NCBI GenBank assembly: GCA_036517135.1
Contig: DATDXX010000041.1
Coordinates: 1 to 38,295 of the forward strand
DNA length: 38,295 nt
Reading direction: 5' to 3'
Source: Minisyncoccota bacterium
GTDB lineage: Bacteria; Patescibacteriota; Minisyncoccia; Phycocordibacterales; CAIRYW01
The position numbers were made by a program, and so were the translations under genes. The notes beneath the pieces were generated by a model. It did not search any database. It was not told the origin of the DNA and saw only the letters and a list, made by a program, of their open reading frames with translations. Of this stretch, positions 1-9,425 are shown piece by piece; the stretch's first letter is position 1, and each line of letters begins with the position of its first letter.

Positions 1-131
1 TCATGCAATTGGGGGGAACTTTGGGAATTCACCGCTTCCGCCGTAGGCGGAAAGGGTTTTGAAAAAATTGACAGCGCGATTTTGGCTCCCGCAAAATCGC
101 TCCGCTTTCTTAATTCCGAACAAGTTTCGTT

Positions 132-205
132 TGGTGGACCCACCGGGGACCGAACCCGGGCTTCGTCCATGCCATGGACGCGTAATACCACTTTACTATG
201 GGCCC
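132..205 (-). tRNA. tRNA-Ala (anticodon GGC), 3' CCA encoded
   Basis: The reverse complement GGGCCCA-TA-GTAA-AGTGGTA-TTAC-G-CGTCC-ATGGCAT-GGACG-AAGC-CCGGG-TTCGGTC-CCCGG-TGGGTCC-ACCA folds as a cloverleaf. It has the G3:U70 Ala identity pair and anticodon GGC. Confidence 0.9.
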
Positions 206-344
206 TTGAACGGCTATTTTACAATAAAAAAAATTTAATGTAAGATGCTTGCTACTTATGTGTGAGCCCTTAGCGCCGACGCAAGGTCGGCGTCCCGACA
301 GAATCGTCGGGACTTAGCATGGCTCAAGCATGAAAACAAATAAC

Positions 345-417
345 GGGCCCTTAGCTTAGCTGGTAGAGCGCCTCATTTGCAATGAGGAGGTCACCGGTTC
401 GAATCCGGTAGGGTCCA
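345..417 (+). tRNA. tRNA-Ala (anticodon UGC), CCA not encoded
   Basis: GGGCCCT-TA-GCTT-AGCTGGTA-GAGC-G-CCTCA-TTTGCAA-TGAGG-AGGTC-ACCGG-TTCGAAT-CCGGT-AGGGTCC-A folds as a cloverleaf. It has the G3:U70 pair and is followed by AAA rather than CCA. Confidence 0.92.
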
Positions 418-431
418 AAACGGAAAATTTT

Positions 432-707
432 ATGCTCACAAATGATCCAATAAAAGAATTTGACAAGCTGGTGCGGGAGGCGCAGGAGTCGGCGAGGAAA
501 TACTCCGGGCCAATCAAGAGACGATATCCCTTTCTACTCACTCTCCTTTTGACTTTCGGCTTTCTCTCAATCGCTGTCGGCTTTCATCTGTGGGCAGAGA
601 CGATTCCGCTTTTTCATGAGCGTCCGGCTGTCCTCATACTTATCGGGATGTTTGTCCTTTTTCTCACAGGCACTCTCTACAAGGTCCTAAAGAAAGACCG
701 TGAATAG
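432..707 (+). CDS. hypothetical small membrane protein (two hydrophobic helices)
   Basis: 91-aa ORF with a charged N-terminus followed by two hydrophobic stretches (FLLTLLLTFGFLSIAVGF and VLILIGMFVLFLTG). I recognised no family motif. Confidence 0.55.
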   Translation: MLTNDPIKEFDKLVREAQESARKYSGPIKRRYPFLLTLLLTFGFLSIAVGFHLWAETIPLFHERPAVLILIGMFVLFLTGTLYKVLKKDRE

Positions 708-859
708 GATTATGCCATTTCATGATAAGCGACTTGTGCTCGTGTAATGTCGCAGATAAAAAAAATAATTTAAAAAATACAACTATGCACAACTCCGAAA
801 AAACCAAAGTAGAATATTGCAAGTTTTTAGACAGCAGAGATAGGAAAGGGAGAATCCGG

Positions 860-1285
860 ATGGTGCCCATCGGGAAAGCCAAAAATACCATAAAAAAGCC
901 CACATTGACCGGCTGGAAGGATTCCGTCACCGAAATCGCGCTTGAAAAGAGATACGCCAAGGGATTGGACGGCATTATGGACTACTCGCATGTGATTATC
1001 GTTTATTGGATGAGCCAGGAGAAGGAGTGCCACCTAAGGCACCGCCCTCAAGGTAGAAAAGATGTGCCGTACGGAGGCATCTTTTCTTGCCGCTGTCCGC
1101 AACGGCCAAACAGAATCGCGATTTCTACCGTGAAGCTCATTTCATGGAAAAGAAATAGCATACAAGTGAAAGGATTGGATATTGTAAACGGCACTCCTAT
1201 TTTAGATATCAAGCCATACACCCCGCGGTATGACAGAGTGGTCAAAGCCAAAGTCCCTAAATGGGTCGGCCGACTAGTTTTTTAA
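860..1285 (+). CDS. TsaA/YaeB (TrmO) family tRNA m6t6A37 methyltransferase-like protein
   Basis: The C-terminal segment PQRPNRIAISTVKLI...VKGLDIVNGTPILDIKPYTPRYD matches the TrmO signature (RPNPIG ... LD..DGTP..DIKPY). The frame is open from 722. The ATG at 860 has GGGAG 7 nt upstream and coincides with where the domain begins (MVPIGKA). ATG 785 is an alternative start. Confidence 0.75.
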   Translation: MVPIGKAKNTIKKPTLTGWKDSVTEIALEKRYAKGLDGIMDYSHVIIVYWMSQEKECHLRHRPQGRKDVPYGGIFSCRCPQRPNRIAISTVKLISWKRNSIQVKGLDIVNGTPILDIKPYTPRYDRVVKAKVPKWVGRLVF

Positions 1286-1339
1286 TACTGCCTAAGACAA
1301 AACTAGCACAGAGATGCGCGTCGCTTTGGATTTATCGCT

Positions 1340-2878
1340 TCAAAAAGTCCGCTTTAGAACTTTGGCGGTTAAATATTCAACTGGAGCAAAATTGTCCGTA
1401 AGTATAGGGTGCGCCGACAGATCAAAGTTCCCTGTGTTGATAAGGTGGTCTCGAAGTGAGCGAATGTTGGGATTAGGATTTTGAATGATCTCCGGAGAAT
1501 TGAGGTCTATTTTTTTATCGCTGTTGTAGCCCACAAAAATAATGTTCTGCGCACCGGTCTGAAACGGAGACTGAATTGCGAATAAATAATTATTAGGGAA
1601 AACGCTTTGAAAAGTTTTCATCAGAGCCATGATGAGCGACTCTTCTTCGGTAGACAAATCTCCAATGAGATTGGCCATAAATATGCCGTCCTCTGATAGC
1701 TTTTCTTTCGCTATCGTAAAAAATTCCTTTGTCGTGAAGTGAGTTGGAATAGAGAAAAGCGAATAATACACGTCGCTGAATATGACATCGTACACTTTGT
1801 TGGAATTTTTTAGCAGGCGCCTGCCGTCCTCAATGTAATTGCTAAGTCTCGGATCGTCCTTGACCCCAAAATATTCTTTCCCCAGGTCAAATAATGATGG
1901 TTCTATTTCGGCGACATCCACCATTGCCTCCGGCAAGTCGCCTAAAAATGCCTTCGGTATGGAATACGCACCACCACCTATTACAAGGACATTGGAAGCA
2001 TCTGGCTTGAAAATTTTGTAGACCGAATAATATTTAGTGTATTCGTAAACAAGATCGGTCGGATCAATTGAATCAAGAAACATTGCGCCAGAACTGCTTA
2101 GATCCTGCTTGAAAAATCTTGTCGGCCTTCCATTGTATAGACCGTCAAAAATAGTAATTTTTTCATAGACTCCGTCTTTGGTATATATAACGTCACCATA
2201 AGATTCCTTCGCAACAAAAAAAGCCAAAAGAGCCAAAATAACTATTGCAAACAAGAATTGAACTAAATGCTTTTTTGGAAAACCTAATATCAGAAGTGAA
2301 ATAAATCCGAGTAAAAAGAGAACAGCGCCTGTGCCTATGAAAATGCGATCTATTCCAAACTGCGGTATTAGCACAAAACCCGCTAAGAGACTTCCTGCGA
2401 TACTGCCAAGCGTTGACCAAAAAAATATCCTACCAGAAACACTCCCTACTCCCTCTATGGGAGATTGCAAACTTCTGAGCTTTACGGCGTAAGGCGACAG
2501 TGTGCCTAAAAACAATGCCGGGAAAAGAAAAAGTATGATGGATGTGATGAGAGGCCCCGCGGTAAACGAAAGACTTGCGCTCAAAACCGGAAGAATAACC
2601 ACACCGAGAAAATGAAAAGCTAGGACAGCAAAACCGCTTGCAAGAATTATCCCAAAAAACCATTGAAGCGAGGGATGGCGATCCGCCAATTTTCCTCCCG
2701 AATAGTACCCGATGCTCAAAGCCGCAAGTATCACGCTTATAACGCTTGATACAGAAAAGATAGTGTTACCGTAGTGAGGTGAAAGAACACGGAGAGCAAC
2801 GACTTCAACTATCAGAACGCATGCCCCTGTGATAAATACTGAAATAAGAAGCAAGTTTTGTTTTAGAAATTTGCCCAT
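1340..2878 (-). CDS. fused polytopic membrane domain / spermidine-synthase-like aminopropyltransferase
   Basis: 512 aa. The N-terminal half holds about 7 hydrophobic helices. The C-terminal half has the class I MTase/spermidine synthase pattern VLVIGGGAYSIPK ... VDVAEIEP ... YDVIFSDVY. Confidence 0.8.
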   Translation of the reverse strand: MGKFLKQNLLLISVFITGACVLIVEVVALRVLSPHYGNTIFSVSSVISVILAALSIGYYSGGKLADRHPSLQWFFGIILASGFAVLAFHFLGVVILPVLSASLSFTAGPLITSIILFLFPALFLGTLSPYAVKLRSLQSPIEGVGSVSGRIFFWSTLGSIAGSLLAGFVLIPQFGIDRIFIGTGAVLFLLGFISLLILGFPKKHLVQFLFAIVILALLAFFVAKESYGDVIYTKDGVYEKITIFDGLYNGRPTRFFKQDLSSSGAMFLDSIDPTDLVYEYTKYYSVYKIFKPDASNVLVIGGGAYSIPKAFLGDLPEAMVDVAEIEPSLFDLGKEYFGVKDDPRLSNYIEDGRRLLKNSNKVYDVIFSDVYYSLFSIPTHFTTKEFFTIAKEKLSEDGIFMANLIGDLSTEEESLIMALMKTFQSVFPNNYLFAIQSPFQTGAQNIIFVGYNSDKKIDLNSPEIIQNPNPNIRSLRDHLINTGNFDLSAHPILTDNFAPVEYLTAKVLKRTF

Positions 2879-3009
2879 CCCGTTCGAAATAGGAAATGCA
2901 GGGCATTTCCGTTGTGATTACTTCTATTAATTTGTATGTAAATCTTTGTGTTCATAATGCTATTTTATAGAAAATCTTAACTGTGAGATTTCAAACGGGA
3001 TAAATGTGA

Positions 3010-3777
3010 TTATTGACAATACATAACTAGTTCTTCGTGAACCACACTATTTGAAACGATAACGCCTTTGAACGGTTTTGAATAATCAAGATTCTTACCT
3101 TCAAGTGAAGTAATTTTTCCACCTGCGCCTTTTAAAATAACATCTGCTGCTGCCATATCATGTGCGCCAATACCGCCCTCTACATAGCCGACAAACTTAC
3201 CTTTAGCCACCAATAGAGCTTTGTAAACAGCTCCGCTAAAACTTGCCAAAGCTATTTTGTCATCAATGAATTTTTGCAGATATTTTGTTTTAAAAAACGA
3301 CTTAACGCTGCTTGTTACCGCAATAATACCAGTTTTTAGATCTTTATTTGAAACCGAAATGACCTTATTGTTACAAAAACTTTTCTCTCCGATTATACCG
3401 GTATACATACGATCTAAAAATGGATCATAAGCTACTCCAACTACAGGTTTACCATCTACTGCAAGCGCTAGCGAAAACATGCAAGTAGGCGTGCCCCAAA
3501 TGTAGGCTCTAGTTCCATCAATTGGATCACAAAGCCATTTTCGGCCCATTCCATATTCAGTGTTACTTTCTTCCTCGCCTATCACACCATCATCAGGAAA
3601 TTCCACTGTTAGTCTCTTTATTACCAGAGAATTGATAAGCTTGTCAGCAATAGTTACCATAGAATTGTCTTCCTTTTTTTCTATTTCTTGTTCGCCATCA
3701 AAATACTTAAGCATTATTTGTCCTGCTTCTTTCGCAATGCTTACCGCAGTGTCCAACTCCTTTTTGAAATTACCCAT
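3010..3777 (-). CDS. inositol monophosphatase family protein (SuhB/CysQ-like)
   Basis: 255 aa with IMPase motifs VIGEEE and WLCDPIDGTRAY, plus a C-terminal GxxxHDMAA-type segment. Confidence 0.85.
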   Translation of the reverse strand: MGNFKKELDTAVSIAKEAGQIMLKYFDGEQEIEKKEDNSMVTIADKLINSLVIKRLTVEFPDDGVIGEEESNTEYGMGRKWLCDPIDGTRAYIWGTPTCMFSLALAVDGKPVVGVAYDPFLDRMYTGIIGEKSFCNNKVISVSNKDLKTGIIAVTSSVKSFFKTKYLQKFIDDKIALASFSGAVYKALLVAKGKFVGYVEGGIGAHDMAAADVILKGAGGKITSLEGKNLDYSKPFKGVIVSNSVVHEELVMYCQ

Positions 3778-3795
3778 TGATTTGTTTATTACTAT

Positions 3796-3829
3796 AACAT
3801 TCTGGTATTCTCAAGAATACCAGAATGTT
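3796..3829. terminator. perfect 15-bp stem hairpin between ddl and the IMPase gene
   Basis: aacattctggtattc-tcaa-gaataccagaatgtt. The T-run (gttttt) lies on the plus side although both flanking genes are on the minus strand, so the orientation and role are uncertain. Confidence 0.4.
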
Positions 3830-3851
3830 GTTTTTGGATTTTAATTACATT

Positions 3852-4745
3852 TTATCTTTTGTTTAATGCAAGCTGAAGCAGATGGTCCAAAAGCTCGCTA
3901 TATGATGAGCCGACAGCTTGAACTTCTTTTGGTAAAAGTGATGTTGGTGTAAGACCAGGGAGGGTGTTTATCTCCAAGCAGTATATCCCTCTTTTTGGAT
4001 GGATTATAAAATCCGTGCGTGAATAATGTTTGGCATTGATAGCTTTATGGGCAAGCAACGCAATCCGTTGAATCTCAGCAGTTTCAGCTTTTGTGAAATT
4101 GCCTGGACAAATTTCTTCAGCGCCACTCTCGGTGCTGTATTTTGATTCATAATCAAAGAACACCTGGTGTTTCAACGGCACTATCTCAACTGTGAGAAGC
4201 GGATAATTATCGTGGCCTCGGAAATTATCCAAAACTCCGCATGTCGCTTCCCTACCTTTGATATATTCTTCTACTATAACTTTGTCGCTGAATTCAAACG
4301 CTTTTTTAAGTGCGTCCTTCATCTCGGGCAAGGTACGAACAATAGACACGCCGACGGATGAGCCACGATTATATGGCTTCACCACAGACGGCTGGATGAA
4401 TGTGGTCCAAAGCTCGTGGGCAGTATTTTTGTCGTAATCCCTTCTATCTATCACCTTGTGCACAGGCATCTTGATACTGTGCTGACTAAAAACATTGCGT
4501 GTCAAAATTTTATTCAAGCCTAAAGCAGAAGCAAGCGAGCCTGAACCGGTAAAAGGCATGTGAAGATTTTCAAGAAGCGTTTGAATTGTGCCGTCCTCGC
4601 CGTATTCGCCGTGCATTGCGATGAATGCCACATCAGCTCTCCTCGGCAAGCTCTCCGGCTTTATAGGCAAACCCCCGATGTGCCACACGCCTTTCTTGTC
4701 TATAAACACATCTATACCAATATAATGCTCGGGCAAATTTTTCAA
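3852..4745 (-). CDS. ddl: D-alanine--D-alanine ligase
   Basis: 297 aa. HGEYGEDGTIQTLLENLHMPFTGSGSLASALGLNK and an ATP-grasp C-terminal half (EINTLPGLT) are typical Ddl blocks. Confidence 0.88.
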   Translation of the reverse strand: MKNLPEHYIGIDVFIDKKGVWHIGGLPIKPESLPRRADVAFIAMHGEYGEDGTIQTLLENLHMPFTGSGSLASALGLNKILTRNVFSQHSIKMPVHKVIDRRDYDKNTAHELWTTFIQPSVVKPYNRGSSVGVSIVRTLPEMKDALKKAFEFSDKVIVEEYIKGREATCGVLDNFRGHDNYPLLTVEIVPLKHQVFFDYESKYSTESGAEEICPGNFTKAETAEIQRIALLAHKAINAKHYSRTDFIIHPKRGIYCLEINTLPGLTPTSLLPKEVQAVGSSYSELLDHLLQLALNKR

Positions 4746-4836
4746 AACGCCGGCACCAGTATTGAGCGAGACCTCAAATTAGCTCGAAGGCCCTCCGCGC
4801 AATACCGCTACTTTTGTCTTGGATTTCATTCCGATA

Positions 4837-6111
4837 TTATATCAGAAAGTTTTTGCGGCGTAATTTTTTGTGGTATGTGGTAGCGAAACGGTGCGCCTCG
4901 GCATTTGAAAGCAGGATTTCCTTTTTGTATTTGAGGCCTAACTCTTTATTCCCCAGCGCTCCTTTTGCTTTGTGCTTTTCGTCTTTGACCACAGAGACCA
5001 CGGGAATGGTTATGCCTGCTTTCTTCAGCGCTGCACTAGCCGCATTTAATTGCGCCACTACTCCGTCTACAACAATGAGATCCGGCATCTGCCATTCAGG
5101 GTGATTGAGGCGACGCTCCAAGACCTCACGCAAAGCACCTGGGTCATTAGAAGCTTTGTATCCGCGGATTTTGAATTTACGATACGAGTTTTTGTCCGGT
5201 GCTCCATCTACAAGAGCCACCATCACCCCCACCATGTTGCTTCCTCCCATATGCGCGATATCGAAACTTTCTATCCGAAAGTTTCGAGCTTCTAGCTTAG
5301 AGCTGTTGGCTGTTAGAAAAGAATCGGATTTGATAAGAGAGATGTCTTGGATGTGGGTCAAGGCATGGATCTTGTCGCGAAGTATTTTGGCCGCTTCAAA
5401 ATTATGCTCTTTTGCCAGAGCTTTCATGTCCTTCTTCAAATCCTTCGTAAGCGCTTTGATATTTCCTGAAAGAAAAAGCTTGATGCGACGGATTCTTATT
5501 GAGTAGCAATATTTATCCATAGCGCCAATGCAAACGCCGGGGCAGAGGCCGATGGAATAGTTGAAGCACGCTCTTTTAGAATTTAATTTGCACTTCTCGT
5601 CACGATAAGGGAAAATTTTCCGGATAATTTTGAGCGCCTCTTTTAGCTGAGCACCATTCGGAAATGGGCCATACACCTCCGCTAGGCCTTGTCTAGCGGA
5701 GATTAAATCCTTTTTGCGAATGGTCAAAACCTGCGGGAAATCTTCTTTTGTAATAACGACGCAGAGGAAGCTTTTATCGTCCTTTTCTCTGGTATTGTAA
5801 ATTGGCTTAAATTTCTTTATCAAATCCGCTTCCAAGAGCAGGGCTTCAAGGACGGAATCCGTCTTTTTGAAATCAAGTGCGCGGGCCTCCTTTAGCATCT
5901 TTACCAATAGCGGCCCGCGCGTCTCTATCAAATCTTTACCAAAATAACTTTTGACGCGATCCTTGAGGGATGTCGCCTTGCCTATATAAATCGGCTTTTT
6001 CTGCTTATTCAGAAAGAAATACACTCCAGGTGTATCTGGCAAGTTGTGCACTTTTTTGTATTGCATATCGTCTAGAATAGGTGTAATCTCAATTTCGGTC
6101 AAACCCTTCAT
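4837..6111 (-). CDS. uvrC: excinuclease ABC subunit C, short form lacking the C-terminal (HhH)2 domain
   Basis: The protein has an N-terminal GIY-YIG domain (GVYFF...YIGKA), a Cys cluster CFNYSIGLCPGVC, a UVR motif (EHNFEAAKILRDKIHAL) and the RNase H-like endonuclease block FRIESFDIAHMGG...AHRFA. It ends about 30 aa after AHRFA, at 424 aa, versus about 600 aa in model bacteria. Confidence 0.88.
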   Translation of the reverse strand: MKGLTEIEITPILDDMQYKKVHNLPDTPGVYFFLNKQKKPIYIGKATSLKDRVKSYFGKDLIETRGPLLVKMLKEARALDFKKTDSVLEALLLEADLIKKFKPIYNTREKDDKSFLCVVITKEDFPQVLTIRKKDLISARQGLAEVYGPFPNGAQLKEALKIIRKIFPYRDEKCKLNSKRACFNYSIGLCPGVCIGAMDKYCYSIRIRRIKLFLSGNIKALTKDLKKDMKALAKEHNFEAAKILRDKIHALTHIQDISLIKSDSFLTANSSKLEARNFRIESFDIAHMGGSNMVGVMVALVDGAPDKNSYRKFKIRGYKASNDPGALREVLERRLNHPEWQMPDLIVVDGVVAQLNAASAALKKAGITIPVVSVVKDEKHKAKGALGNKELGLKYKKEILLSNAEAHRFATTYHKKLRRKNFLI

Positions 6112-6117
6112 AAACCC

Positions 6118-6246
6118 ATGAGTATCGTCGTTCTTTCAATTGTCGGTCTTGCTATGATTTATGGCAAGATGGTTCAAGGTCCCCACTTCTCGAAAGTCAT
6201 TGACTGGAAACAAAAGGAAAACTGGTTCAAAGCCCATCCGCAATGA
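6118..6246 (+). CDS. candidate small membrane protein (42 aa)
   Basis: Hand translation gives MSIVVLSIVGLAMIYGKMVQGPHFSKVIDWKQKENWFKAHPQ, one TM helix plus a W/K-rich tail. It is below the ORF-track cutoff. Its stop overlaps the next ATG (caATGAaa). Confidence 0.35.
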   Translation: MSIVVLSIVGLAMIYGKMVQGPHFSKVIDWKQKENWFKAHPQ

Positions 6247-6365
6247 AAGCACTGACCAAAATCATCATGTTCGTTCCCACCGTCGTTATCGGTCTCTGGG
6301 CCTTGGTCCAAATACACCGAGAGTGGAAAGATTGGTGGAGCCGTCACCAGAGCGACAATCTATGA
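6243..6365 (+). CDS. candidate small membrane protein (40 aa), similar layout to the preceding ORF
   Basis: Hand translation gives MKALTKIIMFVPTVVIGLWALVQIHREWKDWWSRHQSDNL, with the same TM plus W/K/R-tail layout. It fills an otherwise unexplained 270-bp gap between uvrC and uvrA. Confidence 0.35.
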   Translation: MKALTKIIMFVPTVVIGLWALVQIHREWKDWWSRHQSDNL

Positions 6366-6379
6366 AGATTGCCGCATTT

Positions 6380-8971
6380 TTATTTCAAAACCTTTTTCAA
6401 ATAATGCCCAGTGTAAGATTTGCTATTATTCGCTACCTCTTCGGGCGTGCCCTTTGCCACAAGGTTGCCTCCCCCGTCCCCGCCCTCGGGGCCGATGTCA
6501 ATAATATAATCCGATGATTTGATGAGGTCCATATTGTGCTCTATGACCACCACGGTATTGCCGTGCTTCACAAGACGCTCCAGAATCTCTATCAATTTTT
6601 TGACATCTTCATAATGAAGCCCCACCGTCGGCTCATCCAAGAGATATATCGTCTTTTGGGTATGCGTCCTGTAGAGCTCGGAAGAAATTTTGACCCTCTG
6701 CGCTTCGCCTCCGGAAAGTGTCGTCGCGCTCTGACCTACTTCCAAATATCCGAGCCCTACTTCATTTAATGTGCCTAACCTGTCTGAAATAGCTGGGATG
6801 TCCTCAAAGAATGAAAGCGCCTCCTCCACCGTCATTTTCAAAATATCGTGGATGCTCTTTTTCTTGTATTTTATTTCAAGCGTCTCTTTCATAAATCTCT
6901 TGCCTCCGCACACGTCACAAGTCACATACACCGTCGGCAGGAAGTGCATCTCTACTTCTATCATTCCATTGCCTTCGCATGTCTCGCATCTGCCTCCCTT
7001 TCTGTTGAAGCTAAAGCGCCCCGGCCCCCATCCGCGCACTCTCGCCTCGGGCGTAGCCGCAAACAAATCTCTGATATGCGTCCATGCTCCCGTGTATGTG
7101 GCAGGATTGGAACGAGGGGTGCGCCCGATTGGCGACTGATCTATCAAAATTGTCCTACTCAAATATTCTGTGCCGGAGAATGACGCACAATTGTGTGTCG
7201 CTGCTGTTCTATATTTCCTCTCAAGCCGCGCTTGCAGATTTTTATGCAGTATTTCGTAGACGAAAGAGCTTTTTCCAGAGCCGGACACTCCCGTCACAAC
7301 AACGAACTTGCCCAAAGGCACTTCTACATTCATATTTTTGATATTGTAAATTTTGCCTCCTGCGATTTTTATTTTACCTTTGTCCTGCGTGCGCCTCTCG
7401 TCTGGGATTTCTATCCACTTTTCCTCGCGTAGATATGAAAGTGTGAGAGAGCCGGAATCATTCTTCTTGGCAGTGATTAGGTCGTCCAAATATCCCGAAG
7501 CGACGATGTGCCCGCCATGCACCCCCGCGCCCGGCCCTATGTCTATAATAAAATCGGAGGAAAACATTGTGTCCTCATCGTGCTCTACCACTATTATGGT
7601 GTTCCCCAGGTCCCTTAGATGCAGAAGCGTTTTTATAAGCTTGTCGTTATCCCTGTGGTGTAGGCCTATTGTGGGCTCATCCAGCACATAGAGCGCCCCA
7701 ACGAGCCCGCTTCCAAGCTGTGAAGCGAGGCGAATGCGCTGTGCTTCCCCGCCAGAAAGCGTGTTGGCTCGCCTATCAAGCGAAAGGTATTCAATGCCTA
7801 CATTGACCATGAATTGCAATCTTGCCTGTATCTCCTTTACCACCACCTTTGATATCTCCTGCTCCTTTTCGCTCAAATGAAGCTCAGCGAAAAACTTTGT
7901 AGCATCTTTGATAGACATCGCAGTGAGATCCACGATATTCCTTTTACTCCCAAGATACACATGCAAAGCTTCAGGTCGCAGTCTCTTACCCTCGCAAACC
8001 TTACATGGCTCATAAACGAAAAATTCTCTTGTGCCCAAGCCATTACATTCTGGGCAAGCTCCGTATGGAGAGTTGAAGGAGAAGAGCCGCGGCTCTATCT
8101 CTGGATACGAGAATCCGTCATGCGGACACATAAATTTGGAGGAAATAAGGTGGCTGTCATCTGGCGTCTTTATGCGAAGCAATCCTTCTGATTCGTGGAG
8201 CGCGCGCTCTATAGCTTCATTCAAGCGCTCCTTGAATCCGGCACTATTCTCTTTGAGCTCGGAGAAATAAAATTCGTCCACAAGCACATCGATGCTGTGC
8301 TTTTTGTGCTTTGAAAGGTCTATACGTTCGCGCAATTTATATTCCTTGCCGTCCACCATCACATGCTCGAATCCCTTGCCCAAAAGATCATAAAGAAGCT
8401 GATAGTATTCGCCCTTTCTGCCAACAACTATCGGAGAATAAATTTGGAATCGCAAATCGCTTACTTTCACTCCCATCACCTTCTTCGCCTTAGAATCATC
8501 AATGTGCTCCACCGTGTGCAGAATCGTCTCAAATATTTCTTCTTTTGAGAGCCGTTTTATTTCCCTATCGCAGATAAGGCAGTGCGGCTTGCCGATGCGC
8601 GCAAATAGAATGCGCAGGTAGTCATAAATTTCCGTAATAGTGGCCACTGTGGAGCGAGGATTATTTGAACGGCTCTTCTGGTCAATAGATATCGCAGGCG
8701 ACAATCCTTGTATCTCATCCACATCTGGCTTTTGCATCTGGCGCAAAAATTGCCGCGCATAGCTTGAAAGCGATTCTACATATCTACGCTGACCTTCGGC
8801 GAATATTGTATCAAAAGCAAAAGAAGATTTGCCAGAGCCCGAGAGCCCCGTCACCGCTATCATCTTATTCCTAGGCATCTCCACCGTAATGTTCTTCAAA
8901 TTGTGCGTCCGTGCCCCCTTGACCACAATCTTTTCTACATCTTTATCCAGCTTTTTGACATGTTTATGCAT
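6380..8971 (-). CDS. uvrA: excinuclease ABC subunit A
   Basis: 863 aa with two ABC ATPase modules ([18 protein letters not shown]; LSGGEAQR twice) and zinc-finger Cys clusters ([16 protein letters not shown]...CDVCGGKR). Confidence 0.97.
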   Translation of the reverse strand: MHKHVKKLDKDVEKIVVKGARTHNLKNITVEMPRNKMIAVTGLSGSGKSSFAFDTIFAEGQRRYVESLSSYARQFLRQMQKPDVDEIQGLSPAISIDQKSRSNNPRSTVATITEIYDYLRILFARIGKPHCLICDREIKRLSKEEIFETILHTVEHIDDSKAKKVMGVKVSDLRFQIYSPIVVGRKGEYYQLLYDLLGKGFEHVMVDGKEYKLRERIDLSKHKKHSIDVLVDEFYFSELKENSAGFKERLNEAIERALHESEGLLRIKTPDDSHLISSKFMCPHDGFSYPEIEPRLFSFNSPYGACPECNGLGTREFFVYEPCKVCEGKRLRPEALHVYLGSKRNIVDLTAMSIKDATKFFAELHLSEKEQEISKVVVKEIQARLQFMVNVGIEYLSLDRRANTLSGGEAQRIRLASQLGSGLVGALYVLDEPTIGLHHRDNDKLIKTLLHLRDLGNTIIVVEHDEDTMFSSDFIIDIGPGAGVHGGHIVASGYLDDLITAKKNDSGSLTLSYLREEKWIEIPDERRTQDKGKIKIAGGKIYNIKNMNVEVPLGKFVVVTGVSGSGKSSFVYEILHKNLQARLERKYRTAATHNCASFSGTEYLSRTILIDQSPIGRTPRSNPATYTGAWTHIRDLFAATPEARVRGWGPGRFSFNRKGGRCETCEGNGMIEVEMHFLPTVYVTCDVCGGKRFMKETLEIKYKKKSIHDILKMTVEEALSFFEDIPAISDRLGTLNEVGLGYLEVGQSATTLSGGEAQRVKISSELYRTHTQKTIYLLDEPTVGLHYEDVKKLIEILERLVKHGNTVVVIEHNMDLIKSSDYIIDIGPEGGDGGGNLVAKGTPEEVANNSKSYTGHYLKKVLK

Positions 8972-9035
8972 CTGTTTTTTTCTTTGGACCAGCTATTATA
9001 GCAGAAATTATAGAGATTGACAAAAGCATACAATT

Positions 9036-9290
9036 ATGCAAAATCAGAGTTCTATGACTGTCCTTTTTGTGCTATATGACGGAGTTCGGAGCCTGAAAAA
9101 ATATGCCGAAACTACCATCTTCCCTGATATTGGAGAAGAATATGAGATTGGTGGAATATACGATCTTCTTGTTGCTGATACTTCCCGAGCTGATTCAAAA
9201 ATCTTTCTGGATACCGGCAACGGTAATGGTCGCGCACTTAATGCGAACGAACTTGCCTTTTTGGAAAATGACGGCTGGTCTCCAGCCTAA
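9036..9290 (+). CDS. hypothetical protein (84 aa)
   Basis: The ORF is followed 9 nt later by a strong intrinsic terminator. I recognised no motif. Confidence 0.5.
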   Translation: MQNQSSMTVLFVLYDGVRSLKKYAETTIFPDIGEEYEIGGIYDLLVADTSRADSKIFLDTGNGNGRALNANELAFLENDGWSPA

Positions 9291-9298
9291 AATGTATG

Positions 9299-9328
9299 GC
9301 CCTGGCATATCAATCAGGGCTTTTTTTT
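9299..9328 (+). terminator. rho-independent terminator
   Basis: gccctg-gcatatcaat-cagggc followed by T8. Confidence 0.75.
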
Positions 9329-9373
9329 ATTTCTTCTTTTTCTTCGGAGCAAATTTAGTAAGTGAAGGTTTTA

Positions 9374-9387
9374 CACCATGGTGTAGA
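9374..9387 (+). repeat. left copy of a 14-bp direct repeat caccatggtgtaga (contains the palindrome CACCATGGTG)
   Basis: An identical 14-mer lies at 9922..9935. The flanks extend the similarity to about 20 of 24 positions. This copy sits 4 nt upstream of the -35 box of the 9426 gene. Confidence 0.6.
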
Positions 9388-9390
9388 ATC

Positions 9391-9419
9391 TTTACACTAA
9401 CATCAGGACATACTATAAT
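9391..9419 (+). promoter_or_regulatory. sigma70-like promoter TTTACA-N17-TATAAT, predicted leaderless transcript
   Basis: TTTACA at 9391-9396 and TATAAT at 9414-9419. The ATG of the downstream ORF is 7 nt after the -10 box, and no SD is present. Confidence 0.5.
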
Positions 9420-9425
9420 TGCCGC

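Noticed and set aside
29-39. Shared 11-mer tcaccgcttcc at 29-39 and 29399-29409, each forming the 5' arm of a hairpin
   Set aside because: Exact 11-mer repeats are expected many times by chance in 38 kb (on the order of a hundred pairs), and the rest of the two hairpins differs.
6161-6517. 118-aa plus-strand ORF spanning the uvrC-uvrA gap and running into uvrA
   Set aside because: Its product is arginine/serine-rich and low in complexity, and it overlaps the well-supported uvrA 3' end on the opposite strand. The gap is better explained by the two short TM ORFs in another frame.
6536-8548. Many 60-120-aa plus-strand ORFs inside uvrA, with similar antisense ORFs inside uvrB, tgt, trpE, the spermidine-synthase-like gene and others
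   Set aside because: All are antisense to long ORFs with unmistakable family motifs, and their products look like shadow-frame sequence. I treat them as spurious.
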